64,000 nt of DNA from assembly GCA_963727775.1 (NCBI GenBank), contig CAVSHB010000003.1, positions 288,001 through 352,000 of the forward strand, written 5' to 3'. The stretch comes from an uncultured Nitrospiraceae bacterium (GTDB taxonomy: Bacteria > Nitrospirota > Thermodesulfovibrionia > Thermodesulfovibrionales > SM23-35). The position numbers were made by a program, and so were the translations under genes. Below are positions 19,821 through 31,014 of this stretch, piece after piece. Position 1 is the first letter of the stretch; every line of letters starts with the position of its first letter. The notes beneath the pieces are model-generated. The model was not told the DNA's origin and did no database searches. It worked only from the letters and a program-made list of their open reading frames with translations.

Positions 19821-21653
19821 ATGATTAATGATCTAAGGCTTCATGGGAGCATTGGTCCCGTAGAATACTTTGCCTTTGTCGGCGGGGCAAGTGTCTATAA
19901 TTCCTATTTCTATGATGAAGGTCCGACAGAGATCAGGTTCTTCTCACGGGGCAATGAATTCACAATTACCGAAGAGGGCATCCACTATAAAGGTAACGGC
20001 GGGAGCTTCTGTGAATATATGTTCGGAGTGGAAAAACCTTTCAAGGACCTCATGAAAAGGACCGTTGCCAACAGGCTTATCATGTTCGGAGCGTTTCTCG
20101 ATGAAAATGAAAAGATTGTATTCACGAATGACACTGAAGGGAAGGAGGCTTTTTACCGTCTTTTTCTTCAGGGCCATGCCGTAAAAAATTATTCCTTTTT
20201 TATTTCATCCGATTATTCGGGAGATTATAAGCAAAGACAGAAACAGATACTCGGAGAAGTCGGGAAGTTTCTCAAGAGAACAAATCTTATAGCCGAAAAC
20301 CATGATACGGAACTCCTCAACAGCTTTATTTCCGGGCTTAAAGAACGGGATTCGTTGGTATTCATCTTCAAGCTCATACACAGGGGGAACCAGGAATTTT
20401 ACAAGGCCTTCACAAATTATTACTTCAGAGAAAGATTGCTGTCGGAGGATGAAGAACTTTATATCGAGGACCTTGCATCGAAATGCGACATTGACCGCTA
20501 CCAACAGGAGAGGATGAAGATAGATATAATGTACAGGCATCCCGATAATAAGCATGTTGTTGATGAATACAGGGACATACTCCTCAGCGGAAGCATGAAG
20601 GACGCCCTTCAGCAAACAGAGTTTGCAAGACTCAGGAGATTGCGCACACTCGGGATAAGAAACAATATACCGAGCGTCCTTTTCGATACCCTTGACGACC
20701 TCCTGTTAAAGGGCAGAAAGATACAGGAAATAGAGGAGCCCGAGTATCTCAGGGAGACAAGGGCGATACTTCAGAATTTGTTCTTTAAGGACCCCTCCCT
20801 GAAACGGCACATAATTAATGAAGATATCGTGAGATTGATTAAGGCCAAACAGACGGCGGATTCAAAGGGGGACAAGGGGTTTGAACAGATTCTCCTTGAC
20901 ACAGTGAGGGCGTGCGACGAAATCGTGCGGGAGACGAATGACTTTGACCTTTTTGAAGAGTTCACTTCAATCGTTACATATTTTGACAGATATGACAATG
21001 TCTCGACCCTATTGAGCCAGATCGCTTTTATGGAAAAAGTGGAGTTTACGGAAGATTCTCTGCGAAGCCTGATGGGCAATAAAAAGGAGTTTGACGCACT
21101 GGATGCGAAACTCTTTGACGAGATATTCATAAAGGTACTGCTCAATAATAAATATATTACGAATTACGGCAGGAAAAAGATCAGCGCAATAGCAAAGGGC
21201 ATAAAGAAGGTTTCAGCAGGAGACGCTACCCTTCGTGATGTCGTAGCGGAAATAAATACGATTTCCGTTGAGGGAAGGCTATACAGTCTGGTGCATTCCG
21301 CCCTCAAAGAAAGGATGCGCAGCTTTTTCCCGGGTCTTGACACAAAAAAAGGACGGGACAAAATCCGCGAAGATATAGTAAGAGAAATTGCCGAGAAGGG
21401 TGTTCAGAGGGACGTGCCCAAAAAGCTGTTTGATAAGGTCTTCCTGGACCTTAGAAAAGAATCGTTTTATCTAAACCATCTCTTGCCGCTGGTAATACAA
21501 CAAAAAGATATTACTTTGAGGGAAGACTTTCTTAACAACAGCGGGCTCGACAGATTTTATATAGAGACACTCGAGAAGGAATATTTCGGAAAAAGGGAAC
21601 TTGACCCGACACTCCTCGATTCACTTGTTCTTGGAGGCGGCGAGCGGATTTGA
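19821..21653 (+). CDS. Conserved hypothetical protein (TIGR04442-like)
   Basis: 610 aa starting MINDLRLHG; family recalled from memory, not searched; 3' end overlaps tRNA-Cys antisense. Confidence 0.7.
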   Translation: MINDLRLHGSIGPVEYFAFVGGASVYNSYFYDEGPTEIRFFSRGNEFTITEEGIHYKGNGGSFCEYMFGVEKPFKDLMKRTVANRLIMFGAFLDENEKIVFTNDTEGKEAFYRLFLQGHAVKNYSFFISSDYSGDYKQRQKQILGEVGKFLKRTNLIAENHDTELLNSFISGLKERDSLVFIFKLIHRGNQEFYKAFTNYYFRERLLSEDEELYIEDLASKCDIDRYQQERMKIDIMYRHPDNKHVVDEYRDILLSGSMKDALQQTEFARLRRLRTLGIRNNIPSVLFDTLDDLLLKGRKIQEIEEPEYLRETRAILQNLFFKDPSLKRHIINEDIVRLIKAKQTADSKGDKGFEQILLDTVRACDEIVRETNDFDLFEEFTSIVTYFDRYDNVSTLLSQIAFMEKVEFTEDSLRSLMGNKKEFDALDAKLFDEIFIKVLLNNKYITNYGRKKISAIAKGIKKVSAGDATLRDVVAEINTISVEGRLYSLVHSALKERMRSFFPGLDTKKGRDKIREDIVREIAEKGVQRDVPKKLFDKVFLDLRKESFYLNHLLPLVIQQKDITLREDFLNNSGLDRFYIETLEKEYFGKRELDPTLLDSLVLGGGERI

Positions 21654-21707
21654 ACCGCTGCATAAAGGTTTTGCAGACCTCCCCCTTAGCCACTTGGGTA
21701 CGCCGCC
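21632..21707 (-). tRNA. tRNA-Cys (GCA)
   Basis: Reverse complement GGCGGCGTACCCAAGTGG...GGTCTGCAAAACC...GGTTCAAATCC..CTCCA. Confidence 0.95.
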
Positions 21708-21809
21708 TTTGAGACAGTCAACAGTAAATAGCAGGTAGAAAATATAAAAAACCGCATCAGTATTACCTGATTTCAGTCTATTATCTACTATCTACTTTTT
21801 TTAGAAAGA

Positions 21810-21885
21810 TGGAGCGGGAAACGGGATTCGAACCCGCGACCCCAACCTTGGCAAGGTTGTGCTCTACCAACTGAGCTATTCCCGC
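21810..21885 (-). tRNA. tRNA-Gly (GCC)
   Basis: Reverse complement GCGGGAATAGCTCAGTTGGTAGAGC...CTTGCCAAGG...GGTTCGAATCCC..CTCCA. Confidence 0.97.
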
Positions 21886-22036
21886 GTTAGATCAGTTAAG
21901 AGTCAAAAAAAGAAAAGCTAAAAGTTACTAAGGGACTTTCAGCTTATAACTTTTAATCTTAACTTATAATAAAATAATAAGCTATAATGAACGTTATCAA
22001 TAAAAATAGTAATAGAAAGGGTAATTTTTTGTCAAT

Positions 22037-23545
22037 ATGCCGTATCCTGACTTAGAAAGTTTCAAGTTTTTGTCATCAAAGGGAAATCTCATCCCTGTTT
22101 ACAGGGAAATCCTTGCCGATATGGAAACCCCTGTTTCTGCAATGCTAAAGCTTGGAGGGTCGCCTTCTTTTCTGCTTGAGAGTATGATCGGAGGGGAGAA
22201 ATGGGCAAGATACTCGTTCCTCGGTTCGAGGCCGTCAAGGGTCATAAAGGGATATGGCAACAAAATCGAGATAAAGGACAAAGCAGCCGGGTCTCAGATA
22301 ATTAAATCCGATAACCCATTTGAAATCATAAAGAAAGAGGTCACAACATATCATCCTGTTGATGTTCAGGGACTGCCGAGATTTTACGGCGGACTTGTCG
22401 GCTATATCGGCTATGACATGGTAAGGTTTTTTGAAAGCATTCCCGACAGCAGGAAACCGGGACTTCGACTCCCCGATGTCTTTCTCATGGTCACTGATAC
22501 AGTAGTGATATTCGACAACCTCAAAGGAAAGATAAAGGTCGTCTCGAATGCGCATATTAATAATAAATCTCCTGAAGACGCATATAGAGAGGCAGAGGAA
22601 AAAATAGAAAATATTATTGAAAAACTGAAGAAGTCAAAACCCGGCAGGAGAAAACCAGGCGCCCAAAGCCGGGAATCAAAATATGGAGAAAACACCTCTG
22701 AACTCCGCAGATATGAATCGTCTTTCGATACGAGGGGAGCATTTGAAGACGCGGTCCGCAGGAGTAAAGATTACGTCATGGCAGGAGATGTTGTTCAGGT
22801 TGTATTGTCCCAGAGGTTTGATCGTAAAATTGAGATTGACCCGTTCAATATTTACAGGGCATTGCGTGTTATCAACCCTTCGCCGTATATGTATTATATC
22901 GATACAGGGGATGCAAAGCTTGTGGGCTCGTCACCTGAAATATTGGTCAGGCTTGAAGGCAAAAAGATAATCCTGAGGCCTATTGCGGGCACACGAAGAA
23001 GGGGAGAGACGGAAGAAGAAGATAAAGCCCTTGAAGAAGAGCTGAAGAAAGACCCAAAGGAAATAGCGGAACATATTATGCTTGTCGACCTCGGAAGAAA
23101 CGATGTAGGAAGGGTCGCGGAGACAGGTTCCGTAAAGGTTACAGAACTTATGGATGTCGAAAAGTATAGTCATGTGATGCATTTAGTCTCGAATGTCGAA
23201 GGGACTTTGCAGACCGGTCTTGATGCATTTGATGTGTTGGGATCATGTTTTCCGGCCGGCACAGTCACCGGCGCCCCTAAGGTGAGGGCGATGGAGATAA
23301 TAGAGGAGCTTGAGCCGACACGGAGAGGACCGTATGCGGGCGCTGTAGGATATTTCAGTTATTCTGGGAACATGGATACCTGTATTACCATCAGGACGCT
23401 TATAATAAAGGCGGACAAAGCTTATGTCCAGGCAGGCGCCGGGATAGTGGCCGACTCGGTTCCCCAAAAAGAATATGAGGAAACAGTAAATAAGGCGATG
23501 GGCATGATGAAAGCAGTTGATATGGCGGAAAAGGAACTATCTTAA
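22037..23545 (+). CDS. trpE: Anthranilate synthase component I
   Basis: FLLES, NPSPYM, SSPE, PIAGT, EHIMLVDLGRND, GAPK motifs. Confidence 0.96.
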   Translation: MPYPDLESFKFLSSKGNLIPVYREILADMETPVSAMLKLGGSPSFLLESMIGGEKWARYSFLGSRPSRVIKGYGNKIEIKDKAAGSQIIKSDNPFEIIKKEVTTYHPVDVQGLPRFYGGLVGYIGYDMVRFFESIPDSRKPGLRLPDVFLMVTDTVVIFDNLKGKIKVVSNAHINNKSPEDAYREAEEKIENIIEKLKKSKPGRRKPGAQSRESKYGENTSELRRYESSFDTRGAFEDAVRRSKDYVMAGDVVQVVLSQRFDRKIEIDPFNIYRALRVINPSPYMYYIDTGDAKLVGSSPEILVRLEGKKIILRPIAGTRRRGETEEEDKALEEELKKDPKEIAEHIMLVDLGRNDVGRVAETGSVKVTELMDVEKYSHVMHLVSNVEGTLQTGLDAFDVLGSCFPAGTVTGAPKVRAMEIIEELEPTRRGPYAGAVGYFSYSGNMDTCITIRTLIIKADKAYVQAGAGIVADSVPQKEYEETVNKAMGMMKAVDMAEKELS

Positions 23546-23559
23546 GAGGTGAGTTGTAG

Positions 23560-24132
23560 ATGCTTTTAATGATCGACAATTACGATTCCTTTACCTATAA
23601 CCTCGTGCAATATCTCGGCGAGCTTGGCGAGGATATAAAGGTATTCAGGAATAATAAAATTACTGTCCGGGAAATAGAACAAATGGCCCCTGACAGGATA
23701 GTGATCTCTCCGGGCCCTTGCACACCTAAGGAGGCGGGCATTTCGATAGAAACGGTGCGGCATTTTTCCGGCAAGATACCGATTCTCGGGGTATGCCTTG
23801 GTCATCAATCCATAGGCGCGGCCTTTGACGGAGACATTATAAGGGCGCCGAAGCTTATGCATGGCAAGACCTCCTCGGTGCGCCATGACGGGAAAACCAT
23901 ATTTGAGGGGCTTCCCAATCCGTTCGAGGCGACCCGGTATCATTCCCTTTTGATAAAGAAGGAGACCCTTCCCGATTGCCTGGAAATCACTGCATGGACG
24001 GATAACGATGAGATAATGGGCGTAAGGCATAAAGAGTTTGTTATCGAGGGGGTACAATTCCATCCCGAATCAATACTTACTAAAGTCGGCAAAGACCTTC
24101 TGAAAAACTTCCTGAAATTAAGAGTTTCATAA
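23560..24132 (+). CDS. trpG: Anthranilate synthase component II (glutamine amidotransferase)
   Basis: [27 protein letters not shown]. Confidence 0.94.
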   Translation: MLLMIDNYDSFTYNLVQYLGELGEDIKVFRNNKITVREIEQMAPDRIVISPGPCTPKEAGISIETVRHFSGKIPILGVCLGHQSIGAAFDGDIIRAPKLMHGKTSSVRHDGKTIFEGLPNPFEATRYHSLLIKKETLPDCLEITAWTDNDEIMGVRHKEFVIEGVQFHPESILTKVGKDLLKNFLKLRVS

Positions 24133-24142
24133 AAATATACCC

Positions 24143-25153
24143 ATGATAAAAGAAGCGATAAACATGCTTGTCGGAAAAATAAACCTTTCAGAGACTGAGA
24201 TGGCTGAGTGCATGAAAGAGATAATGGAAGGGAAGACAACAGATGCCCAGATCGGCGCATTTCTTGCGGCCCTGAGGATAAAGGGCGAGACCGTGGAGGA
24301 GATAACCGGGGCGGCCCGGATTATGAAAGAAAAGGCAACAACCATTAAGGCGCCTGAGGACGTCCTCGATACCTGCGGCACGGGCGGCGATATGGCGCAT
24401 ACGTTCAATATCTCCACAACAACGGCATTTGTGGTTGCAGGCGCCGGTGTTCCTGTTGCAAAACACGGGAACCGTTCTGTTTCGAGCCAGGCAGGCAGCG
24501 CGGATGTGCTTGAAGCCCTCGGGGTAAAAATAGATTTGCATCCCGAAAAGGTCGAAAAGTGTCTTTTTGAAACAGGCTTCGGCTTTCTATTTGCGCCCTT
24601 ATTCCACCCGGCCATGAAATACGCCGTCGGCCCGAGGCGCGAAATGGGGATAAGAACCATATTTAATATCCTCGGACCATTAACAAACCCTGCTGATGCA
24701 AAGAGACAGATACTCGGCGTATTTGCGAACAAACTTACAGAAGCTTTGGCAATGGTCCTCGGCAACCTTGGAGCTATTGACGCGGTGGTTGTTCACGGCG
24801 AGGACGGGCTCGATGAGATAAGCATCTCCGGCAGAACAAAAGTTTCGAGATTTAAAGATGGCAAGGTAGAAAATTTTTATATTAAGCCGGAAGATTTCGG
24901 CATCTGGGAAAGCAAAATCGAACATCTGCGGGGCGGCAATAAAGAAGACAATGCAGCTATCACCCTTTCGATACTGAAAGGCGAAGAAGGGCCGAGGCGG
25001 GAAATAGTCCTGATGAACTCGGCAGTTGCCCTTATGGCCGCAGGAAAGACAGAGGATTTCAAAACCGCGTTCAGCATGGCTGCAGATTCGATAGATTCGG
25101 GAAGGGCATCGAGGAAGCTTGAAGCGCTGAAGCGCGTCAGCAATTCTTTGTAA
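24143..25153 (+). CDS. trpD: Anthranilate phosphoribosyltransferase
   Basis: DTCGTGGD, NIST, KHGNRS, GLDE motifs. Confidence 0.97.
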   Translation: MIKEAINMLVGKINLSETEMAECMKEIMEGKTTDAQIGAFLAALRIKGETVEEITGAARIMKEKATTIKAPEDVLDTCGTGGDMAHTFNISTTTAFVVAGAGVPVAKHGNRSVSSQAGSADVLEALGVKIDLHPEKVEKCLFETGFGFLFAPLFHPAMKYAVGPRREMGIRTIFNILGPLTNPADAKRQILGVFANKLTEALAMVLGNLGAIDAVVVHGEDGLDEISISGRTKVSRFKDGKVENFYIKPEDFGIWESKIEHLRGGNKEDNAAITLSILKGEEGPRREIVLMNSAVALMAAGKTEDFKTAFSMAADSIDSGRASRKLEALKRVSNSL

Positions 25154-25168
25154 ATCAGAGGAGGATTT

Positions 25169-26086
25169 TTGGCGGTTAAGGTAGGAGTTATCGGCGTCGG
25201 ATATTTAGGACAACACCATGCACGGATTTATTCTGAACTTGATGAAGCAGAACTTGTCGGTGTTGTTGACATTGACAAAAAAAAGGCCGATACTTTTGCA
25301 TCAAAGTACGGGTGCGAGTCATTTGCGGACTATAGGGATATTCTCGGCAAAGTTGACGCGCTTAGTATTGTAACACCCACAACGTCACACTATTCTGTTG
25401 CCCTCGCTTGCCTGAAATCGGGAAAAGACATCTTGATAGAGAAGCCGATAACTGTGACCATCGAAGATGCCGATGAACTCATAGCAGCGTCAAAAAATAA
25501 GGATTGTATTATCCAGGTAGGGCATCTCGAACGATTTAACCCCGCTATGCTTGCCGTTTCTGAAATGGTAAAAGAACCTTTATTCATCGAGTCTGAAAGG
25601 CTTTCACCTTTTCTCGGAAGAGGCACCGATGTGGATGTTACGCTTGATCTTATGATCCATGACATAGACATCATATTAAGTCTTACCGGATTGCCGGTGA
25701 AGGAAATTCGTGCAGTCGGAGCAAAGGTCTTAACGGATAAAATTGATGTTGCCAAGGCATGGCTTGAATTCGAAAATGGCTGCTCCGCCCTTGCTACCGT
25801 GAGTCGCCTGTCACCCGAAAAACAGAGGAGGCTTAAGATTTTCCAAAAGGATTCCTATATCTCCGTAGATTATCAGAGTTGCGAGATAAGACGACACATC
25901 AGGGAAGGAGAACGCATATCGTATGATGTCATTAAACCGGAGAATAAAGAACCTCTGAAAGAAGAATTGAAAGATTTCATCAGGTGCATAAAAGGAAGGC
26001 GAAGACCGAAGGTCTCTGCGGACGAAGGCAGGAATGCGCTCAAGGTCGTACTGGAGATATCGAACAGTATAAAAAACGGGCGATAA
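25169..26086 (+). CDS. Gfo/Idh/MocA oxidoreductase, probable UDP-GlcNAc 3-dehydrogenase (GnnA-like)
   Basis: GVGYLG, EKP, GHLERFNP, DLMIHDID; upstream of a DegT aminotransferase and lpxB. Confidence 0.85.
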   Translation: MAVKVGVIGVGYLGQHHARIYSELDEAELVGVVDIDKKKADTFASKYGCESFADYRDILGKVDALSIVTPTTSHYSVALACLKSGKDILIEKPITVTIEDADELIAASKNKDCIIQVGHLERFNPAMLAVSEMVKEPLFIESERLSPFLGRGTDVDVTLDLMIHDIDIILSLTGLPVKEIRAVGAKVLTDKIDVAKAWLEFENGCSALATVSRLSPEKQRRLKIFQKDSYISVDYQSCEIRRHIREGERISYDVIKPENKEPLKEELKDFIRCIKGRRRPKVSADEGRNALKVVLEISNSIKNGR

Positions 26087-26119
26087 ACAACAGAAGATAG
26101 ATATTCTTAGGAGATAAAA

Positions 26120-27211
26120 ATGGTCCCTATGGTTGATTTGAAAAAACAATTTCAGGGAATTAAAGATGAAATATTCGGCGTTCTGGCAGAAATCCTTGAA
26201 AGCAGTCATTATATACTCGGCTCTAAGGTCTCGGAGTTTGAGGAGAAAGTAGCGGATTATCATTACGTAAATAATGCGATAGGCGTCGCATCAGGCACTG
26301 ATGCGCTTCATCTGTCGATTGACGCATTGGACATAGGAGAGGGCGACGAGGTCATCACCTCACCATTTACTTTTTTTGCCACGGTTGAGGCAATTCTGTA
26401 TACAGGCGCTGTGCCGGTATTTGTTGATGTTGAGCCGGACACATTGAATATAGACGTCAAACAGATAGAAGCACATATAACGAAAAAGACAAAGTCAATC
26501 TTGCCCGTACACCTCTTCGGCCATCCTGCGGATATGGAAAAGATTCTGGAGATAGCAAAGAAGTACAGGCTTAAAGTGATAGAGGATTGCGCGCAATCTT
26601 TTGGAGCAGAGCTTAACGGCAGAAAAGCCGGTAGTTTCGGTGATGCCGGGTGCTTCAGTTTCTATCCGAGCAAAAACCTTGGCGGCTACGGTGACGGCGG
26701 TATGATAACCCTTAACAACCCGAAAGTGGCCGAGAAGATCAGGGAGCTGAGAAACCATGGTTCGAGTGGCGCATACAGGCATAAACGGGTCGGCTTTAAC
26801 AGCCGGCTGGACGAGATACAGGCAGGCATCCTGCTTGTAAAGTTTAAGCACATAGACGAATATAACAGTCAAAGAAGACGGAATGCGGCGCGTTACAATG
26901 CACTTCTCTCAGACAAGATAATTTGCCCCACTGAAAAAAAAGGCGCATATCATGTCTATCACCAGTACACAATCATGAGCAGGAAAAGGAATAAGATACA
27001 GCAGAGTCTCAGGGAAAAGGGCATTTCGTCGGTTGTTTATTATCCGGTTCCTCTCCACCTGCAAGGGGCACTGAAATTCTTAGGCTATAAAAAAGGGGAT
27101 TTTCCGGTTGCCGAGAAGGCTGCCAGGGAAGTGCTTTCGCTGCCGATGTATCCTGAGCTTGAAGAGCCGACAATAATAAAGATAGCAAAGATTATTAAGG
27201 GTATTGTTTAA
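26120..27211 (+). CDS. DegT/DnrJ/EryC1/StrS aminotransferase (GnnB-like)
   Basis: SGTDAL, EDCAQ, SFYPSKNLG, NSRLDE motifs. Confidence 0.9.
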   Translation: MVPMVDLKKQFQGIKDEIFGVLAEILESSHYILGSKVSEFEEKVADYHYVNNAIGVASGTDALHLSIDALDIGEGDEVITSPFTFFATVEAILYTGAVPVFVDVEPDTLNIDVKQIEAHITKKTKSILPVHLFGHPADMEKILEIAKKYRLKVIEDCAQSFGAELNGRKAGSFGDAGCFSFYPSKNLGGYGDGGMITLNNPKVAEKIRELRNHGSSGAYRHKRVGFNSRLDEIQAGILLVKFKHIDEYNSQRRRNAARYNALLSDKIICPTEKKGAYHVYHQYTIMSRKRNKIQQSLREKGISSVVYYPVPLHLQGALKFLGYKKGDFPVAEKAAREVLSLPMYPELEEPTIIKIAKIIKGIV

Positions 27212-27494
27212 TTTGGAATTCAGAAAAGACAGGCATACACGCAGAAAAAACTTCACAATTCGCAATTCGGCATTTAATGAAATCTAATTGCTATTAGTGA
27301 AAAACACAGGTAGTTGATAATCGGATGTCTTACAACGGTAGCGAAGTAAAGTTTTTTCTGCGTATATGCCCGTCTCATGACCAAAAAAATGCATTGAACA
27401 ATGTCCGCATTATTTGGGATAAACCGGGAACGGAAATTCACAACATCTGTATTATCGGCATTATACTAATTGTGTTAATCCGATCCCAATTAAA

Positions 27495-28709
27495 ATGATG
27501 AAATCCAGCAAGATAGCTACTATTATGATAGTCTCGGGTGAAAGCTCAGGTGAATTGTATGGTTCGCTTCTTGCAAAAACGCTGAAAATCAAATGGCCTG
27601 ATGTACGCATCATGGGTGTCGGGGGTGACAGGATGCAAATGGCAGGTGTAGAGCTTGTCTCGCGCACATCGGATGCATTTGGCATTGTGGAGGCTGTTTC
27701 GGCGTACAAAAAGATAAAAACCGCATTTGATAAAACAGTTGGAGCTATCAAGAAGTTTATACCGGATGTCCTTGTCCTTATCGATTATCCCGATTTTAAT
27801 CTAAAGGTTGCAGAGGTGGCTAAATCCCTCGGCATAAAAATTTTATATTATGTAAGCCCGCAGGTATGGGCATGGCGCAAAGGCAGGGTTAAGAAGATAG
27901 CGGGTATTGTAGACAGGATGGCTGTTATTCTGCCTTTCGAAGCGGAAATATACAGAAAAGCGGGTGTTTCGTCTGAATTTGTAGGGCATCCTATACTCGA
28001 AGAGATCGAGTCCGTCTTACGCTCAGAAATCGGGAAATTACCCTTTTCCGATCCTGCCCTTACTATAACGCCTGAACTCCGATCTCACTTTAAATCCATT
28101 CTCGGCTTCAATGCAGAGAAACCTTTACTGTCCCTTCTCCCCGGAAGCAGGCCGAGTGAATTGAGCAGGTTATTGCCATTAATGACGACTGTTGTCAGGC
28201 TGTTCAAAAGCAGATTTACAGATTATCAATTTTGCGTCCCGTTGTCCCCGAATACCGACGAAAACAAGTACCGCTCCTCTCTTGAAGCCCTTAGAAAAGA
28301 CGGCGTTTCCATTAAAAAAGGGGAATCCGTAAGGGCATTGGCAGCATCTGATATGGCAGTGGTAGCTTCAGGCACGGCAACCCTCCAGACCGCTTTCCTC
28401 GAAGTTCCGATGGTGGTAGTCTATAAGCTTTCCCCTATAACCTATCTGCTCGGCAGAATGATCCTTGATGTAAAACATATATCATTGGTCAATATCCTTT
28501 CCGGCACAGAGGTCGTAAAAGAGCTGATCCAGGGAAAAGCTGATCCCGAACGGATAATTAAAGAACTGAATAGGATTATGGCTGATACGGAATACCGTGA
28601 AACAATGCTCGCTTATTACAGGTTGATCAAAGAACCTTTCCTGAATAAAAAAGCTTCGGACAGGGTTGCAGAAATAGTAATTGAAATGTCCGGAAATAAA
28701 GAAGAGTAA
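27495..28709 (+). CDS. lpxB: Lipid-A-disaccharide synthase
   Basis: GESSG, IDYPDFN, YVSPQVWAWR, LPGSR, SGTATL. Confidence 0.96.
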   Translation: MMKSSKIATIMIVSGESSGELYGSLLAKTLKIKWPDVRIMGVGGDRMQMAGVELVSRTSDAFGIVEAVSAYKKIKTAFDKTVGAIKKFIPDVLVLIDYPDFNLKVAEVAKSLGIKILYYVSPQVWAWRKGRVKKIAGIVDRMAVILPFEAEIYRKAGVSSEFVGHPILEEIESVLRSEIGKLPFSDPALTITPELRSHFKSILGFNAEKPLLSLLPGSRPSELSRLLPLMTTVVRLFKSRFTDYQFCVPLSPNTDENKYRSSLEALRKDGVSIKKGESVRALAASDMAVVASGTATLQTAFLEVPMVVVYKLSPITYLLGRMILDVKHISLVNILSGTEVVKELIQGKADPERIIKELNRIMADTEYRETMLAYYRLIKEPFLNKKASDRVAEIVIEMSGNKEE

Positions 28710-28717
28710 ATTATACA

Positions 28718-29980
28718 ATGTATTTTCTTTATAGCCTCATATATATAGTCGTGCTGCTTTTTATATTTCCGTTCGAGTATTTAAAAAGACCAAAAGAGAT
28801 CAGAAAAAGATGGCTGAGGGAAAAATTCGGGCTTCTCGATTCACTGATTACACCCCGATATTCATCTTCCGTCTGGGTCCATGCCGTGTCGGTCGGAGAA
28901 GTGACGGCAGCGCTGCCATTGTTAAAAAATCTGAAGGAGCGGTATCCGGCAAAAGCTATTGTCTTTTCAACGATCACCGACTCCGGACAAAAGGTGGCAA
29001 GTGACAGAGCGCCTGAAGGCACAAAGATCGTTTACCTTCCATTTGATATTGCACCAATCATTCAATCTGTCCTTAGGAAAACAAAGCCGGAAATTCTCAT
29101 TATAATCGAGACGGAATTATGGCCGAATTTGATAAAAGTATTCAGAGAAAACACGATACCTGTAATACTGCTGAACGGAAGGATATCTGAAAATTCATTT
29201 AACGGGTATAAGAGAATATCTTTTTTTATGAAAAGGGTTCTTTCCTATATAGACTTTTTCGGTATGCAGGGCGAAGAATATGCTGAAAGGATTAAAGAAC
29301 TTGGTGTCCGGGGAGATAGGACCATGAATTTGGGAAATTTTAAATTTGATACGAGACCTACCGCGCAGATACCGGGATGGACAGGACACATAAAAGGCCC
29401 TGTTATCACAGCAGGAAGCACACATGAAGGAGAGGAAGAATTAATGGCCTCAATATACACCGAACTGAAAAAAGATTTTCCTGATCTGAATCTCATAATC
29501 GCCCCCAGACATCCTGAGAGGTTTAAAGCGGTAGAAGATATGCTCTCGTCGAAAGGTCTGATTTTTATTAAACGTTCAGGCATCGGCGCAGAGTCTGCCG
29601 GGGTGAAAAGGGTAAACGGAGAAATAATTCTTCTCGATACCATCGGTGAGCTATCCGCTGTTTATGGCATATCCGATATTACAGTCATCGGCAAAAGCTT
29701 TATGGGCCGTGGAGGTCAGAATCCGTTGGAACCGGCGTATTGGGGAAAAACCATTGTGTGCGGCCCGCACATGGAGAACTTCCCGGTAATCAAGGACTTC
29801 TATAATGCAGGCGCGGCCTTTGAAGTAAATGAGGCAAAGCTTTATTCAAAACTGAGAGAACTTCTGGCTTCTCCTGAAAAAGCAAAAGAAGCGGGATCAA
29901 AGGCAAAGGAATTATACGGGAAAAATTCCGGCGCTGTCAAAAGGGCGATTGAGATCATCGGAAGATACATCTCTCAGTAG
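28718..29980 (+). CDS. waaA: Kdo transferase
   Basis: WVHAVSVGE, ETELWPN, GSTH, APRHPER, GGQNPLEP. Confidence 0.96.
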   Translation: MYFLYSLIYIVVLLFIFPFEYLKRPKEIRKRWLREKFGLLDSLITPRYSSSVWVHAVSVGEVTAALPLLKNLKERYPAKAIVFSTITDSGQKVASDRAPEGTKIVYLPFDIAPIIQSVLRKTKPEILIIIETELWPNLIKVFRENTIPVILLNGRISENSFNGYKRISFFMKRVLSYIDFFGMQGEEYAERIKELGVRGDRTMNLGNFKFDTRPTAQIPGWTGHIKGPVITAGSTHEGEEELMASIYTELKKDFPDLNLIIAPRHPERFKAVEDMLSSKGLIFIKRSGIGAESAGVKRVNGEIILLDTIGELSAVYGISDITVIGKSFMGRGGQNPLEPAYWGKTIVCGPHMENFPVIKDFYNAGAAFEVNEAKLYSKLRELLASPEKAKEAGSKAKELYGKNSGAVKRAIEIIGRYISQ

Positions 29981-30001
29981 CGAATTTTCTTAACCTGGAG
30001 A

Positions 30002-30928
30002 ATGCATTTGATGAAATACCTGATTATTCTTTCCTTACTCCTGCATGCCGTTTTTTTCCCGCATACCGCTCATGCCCGCTTAGAAGAAATTCGGACAAAT
30101 GATGCGGTAGTATCCTTTGACCATACTGCCGGGACCGCAGCCGCAATGCTTCTGGAGATATATCCGGGTATCAAATCTGACCTCGCTGCAACACTCGGGT
30201 GGAAAGTGGATTTCAGGCCTGAGATCCGTCTCATCAAAGACAGGGACACCATGAAAAGAACAGCCGGCAATGATCTGTCCGTTGCTCTTGCAATCCCTGA
30301 TCGCAATCTTATCCTTCTCGATACCTCACGGGTGTATGATAAGCCTTTTTCATTAAAGACAGCTCTCCGACATGAGGTATGTCATCTCCTTCTGCACCGC
30401 AATATCAGGAATGAGGACCTGCCAAGGTGGTTTGATGAAGGGGTCTGCCAGTGGGCGAGCGGAGGCATTGCCGAGATAATGACGGACAGCGGGGATGATC
30501 TGCTTTCAAAGGCCGTTATATCCGGCAAGCTCATAAGCATCGATGAACTCAGCAGATTTCCGTCTGATCAATGGCCTCTCCTCCTTGCATATGAAGAGAG
30601 TAAAAGCCTCGTGGAATATATCGTAGAAAAATACGGGAAATCAGGAATGCTGCGGCTGCTCAAATTCTTGAAAGAAGGGCATTCAATGGAAGAATCCTTT
30701 AGGGAAGTACTCTCTGTTTCTCCTTATGAGCTTGAAATAAATTGGCGGGCTTCTCTTAAAACAAAATATACAAGGTTTTCTTATTTGAGCCGGAACCTAT
30801 ATGAAATACTTTTTTCAGTCGCGGCGCTGCTCACTGTTTACGGCTTCTTCAGGATGCTGAAGAAAAAAAGGGAATATGTGGATAATGAAGAGGACGATGT
30901 GAGTAATGGCAAAACCGGCAGAGAGTAA
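30002..30928 (+). CDS. Peptidase MA-like metalloprotease, membrane-anchored
   Basis: HEVCH (HExxH) and PRWFDEG; signal peptide and C-terminal TM segment. Confidence 0.85.
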   Translation: MHLMKYLIILSLLLHAVFFPHTAHARLEEIRTNDAVVSFDHTAGTAAAMLLEIYPGIKSDLAATLGWKVDFRPEIRLIKDRDTMKRTAGNDLSVALAIPDRNLILLDTSRVYDKPFSLKTALRHEVCHLLLHRNIRNEDLPRWFDEGVCQWASGGIAEIMTDSGDDLLSKAVISGKLISIDELSRFPSDQWPLLLAYEESKSLVEYIVEKYGKSGMLRLLKFLKEGHSMEESFREVLSVSPYELEINWRASLKTKYTRFSYLSRNLYEILFSVAALLTVYGFFRMLKKKREYVDNEEDDVSNGKTGRE

Positions 30929-31014
30929 AATTTATTCCTGGAAAAAAGTATAATGAAAGGGCCAAGAAAGTAGTTTTATAGTTTAGATGTGTTTAAAAGC
31001 GACCTTATCGGATT

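Noticed and set aside
21886..22036. trp attenuator or leader peptide
   Set aside because: AT-rich spacer with no Trp-codon leader ORF or T-box motif
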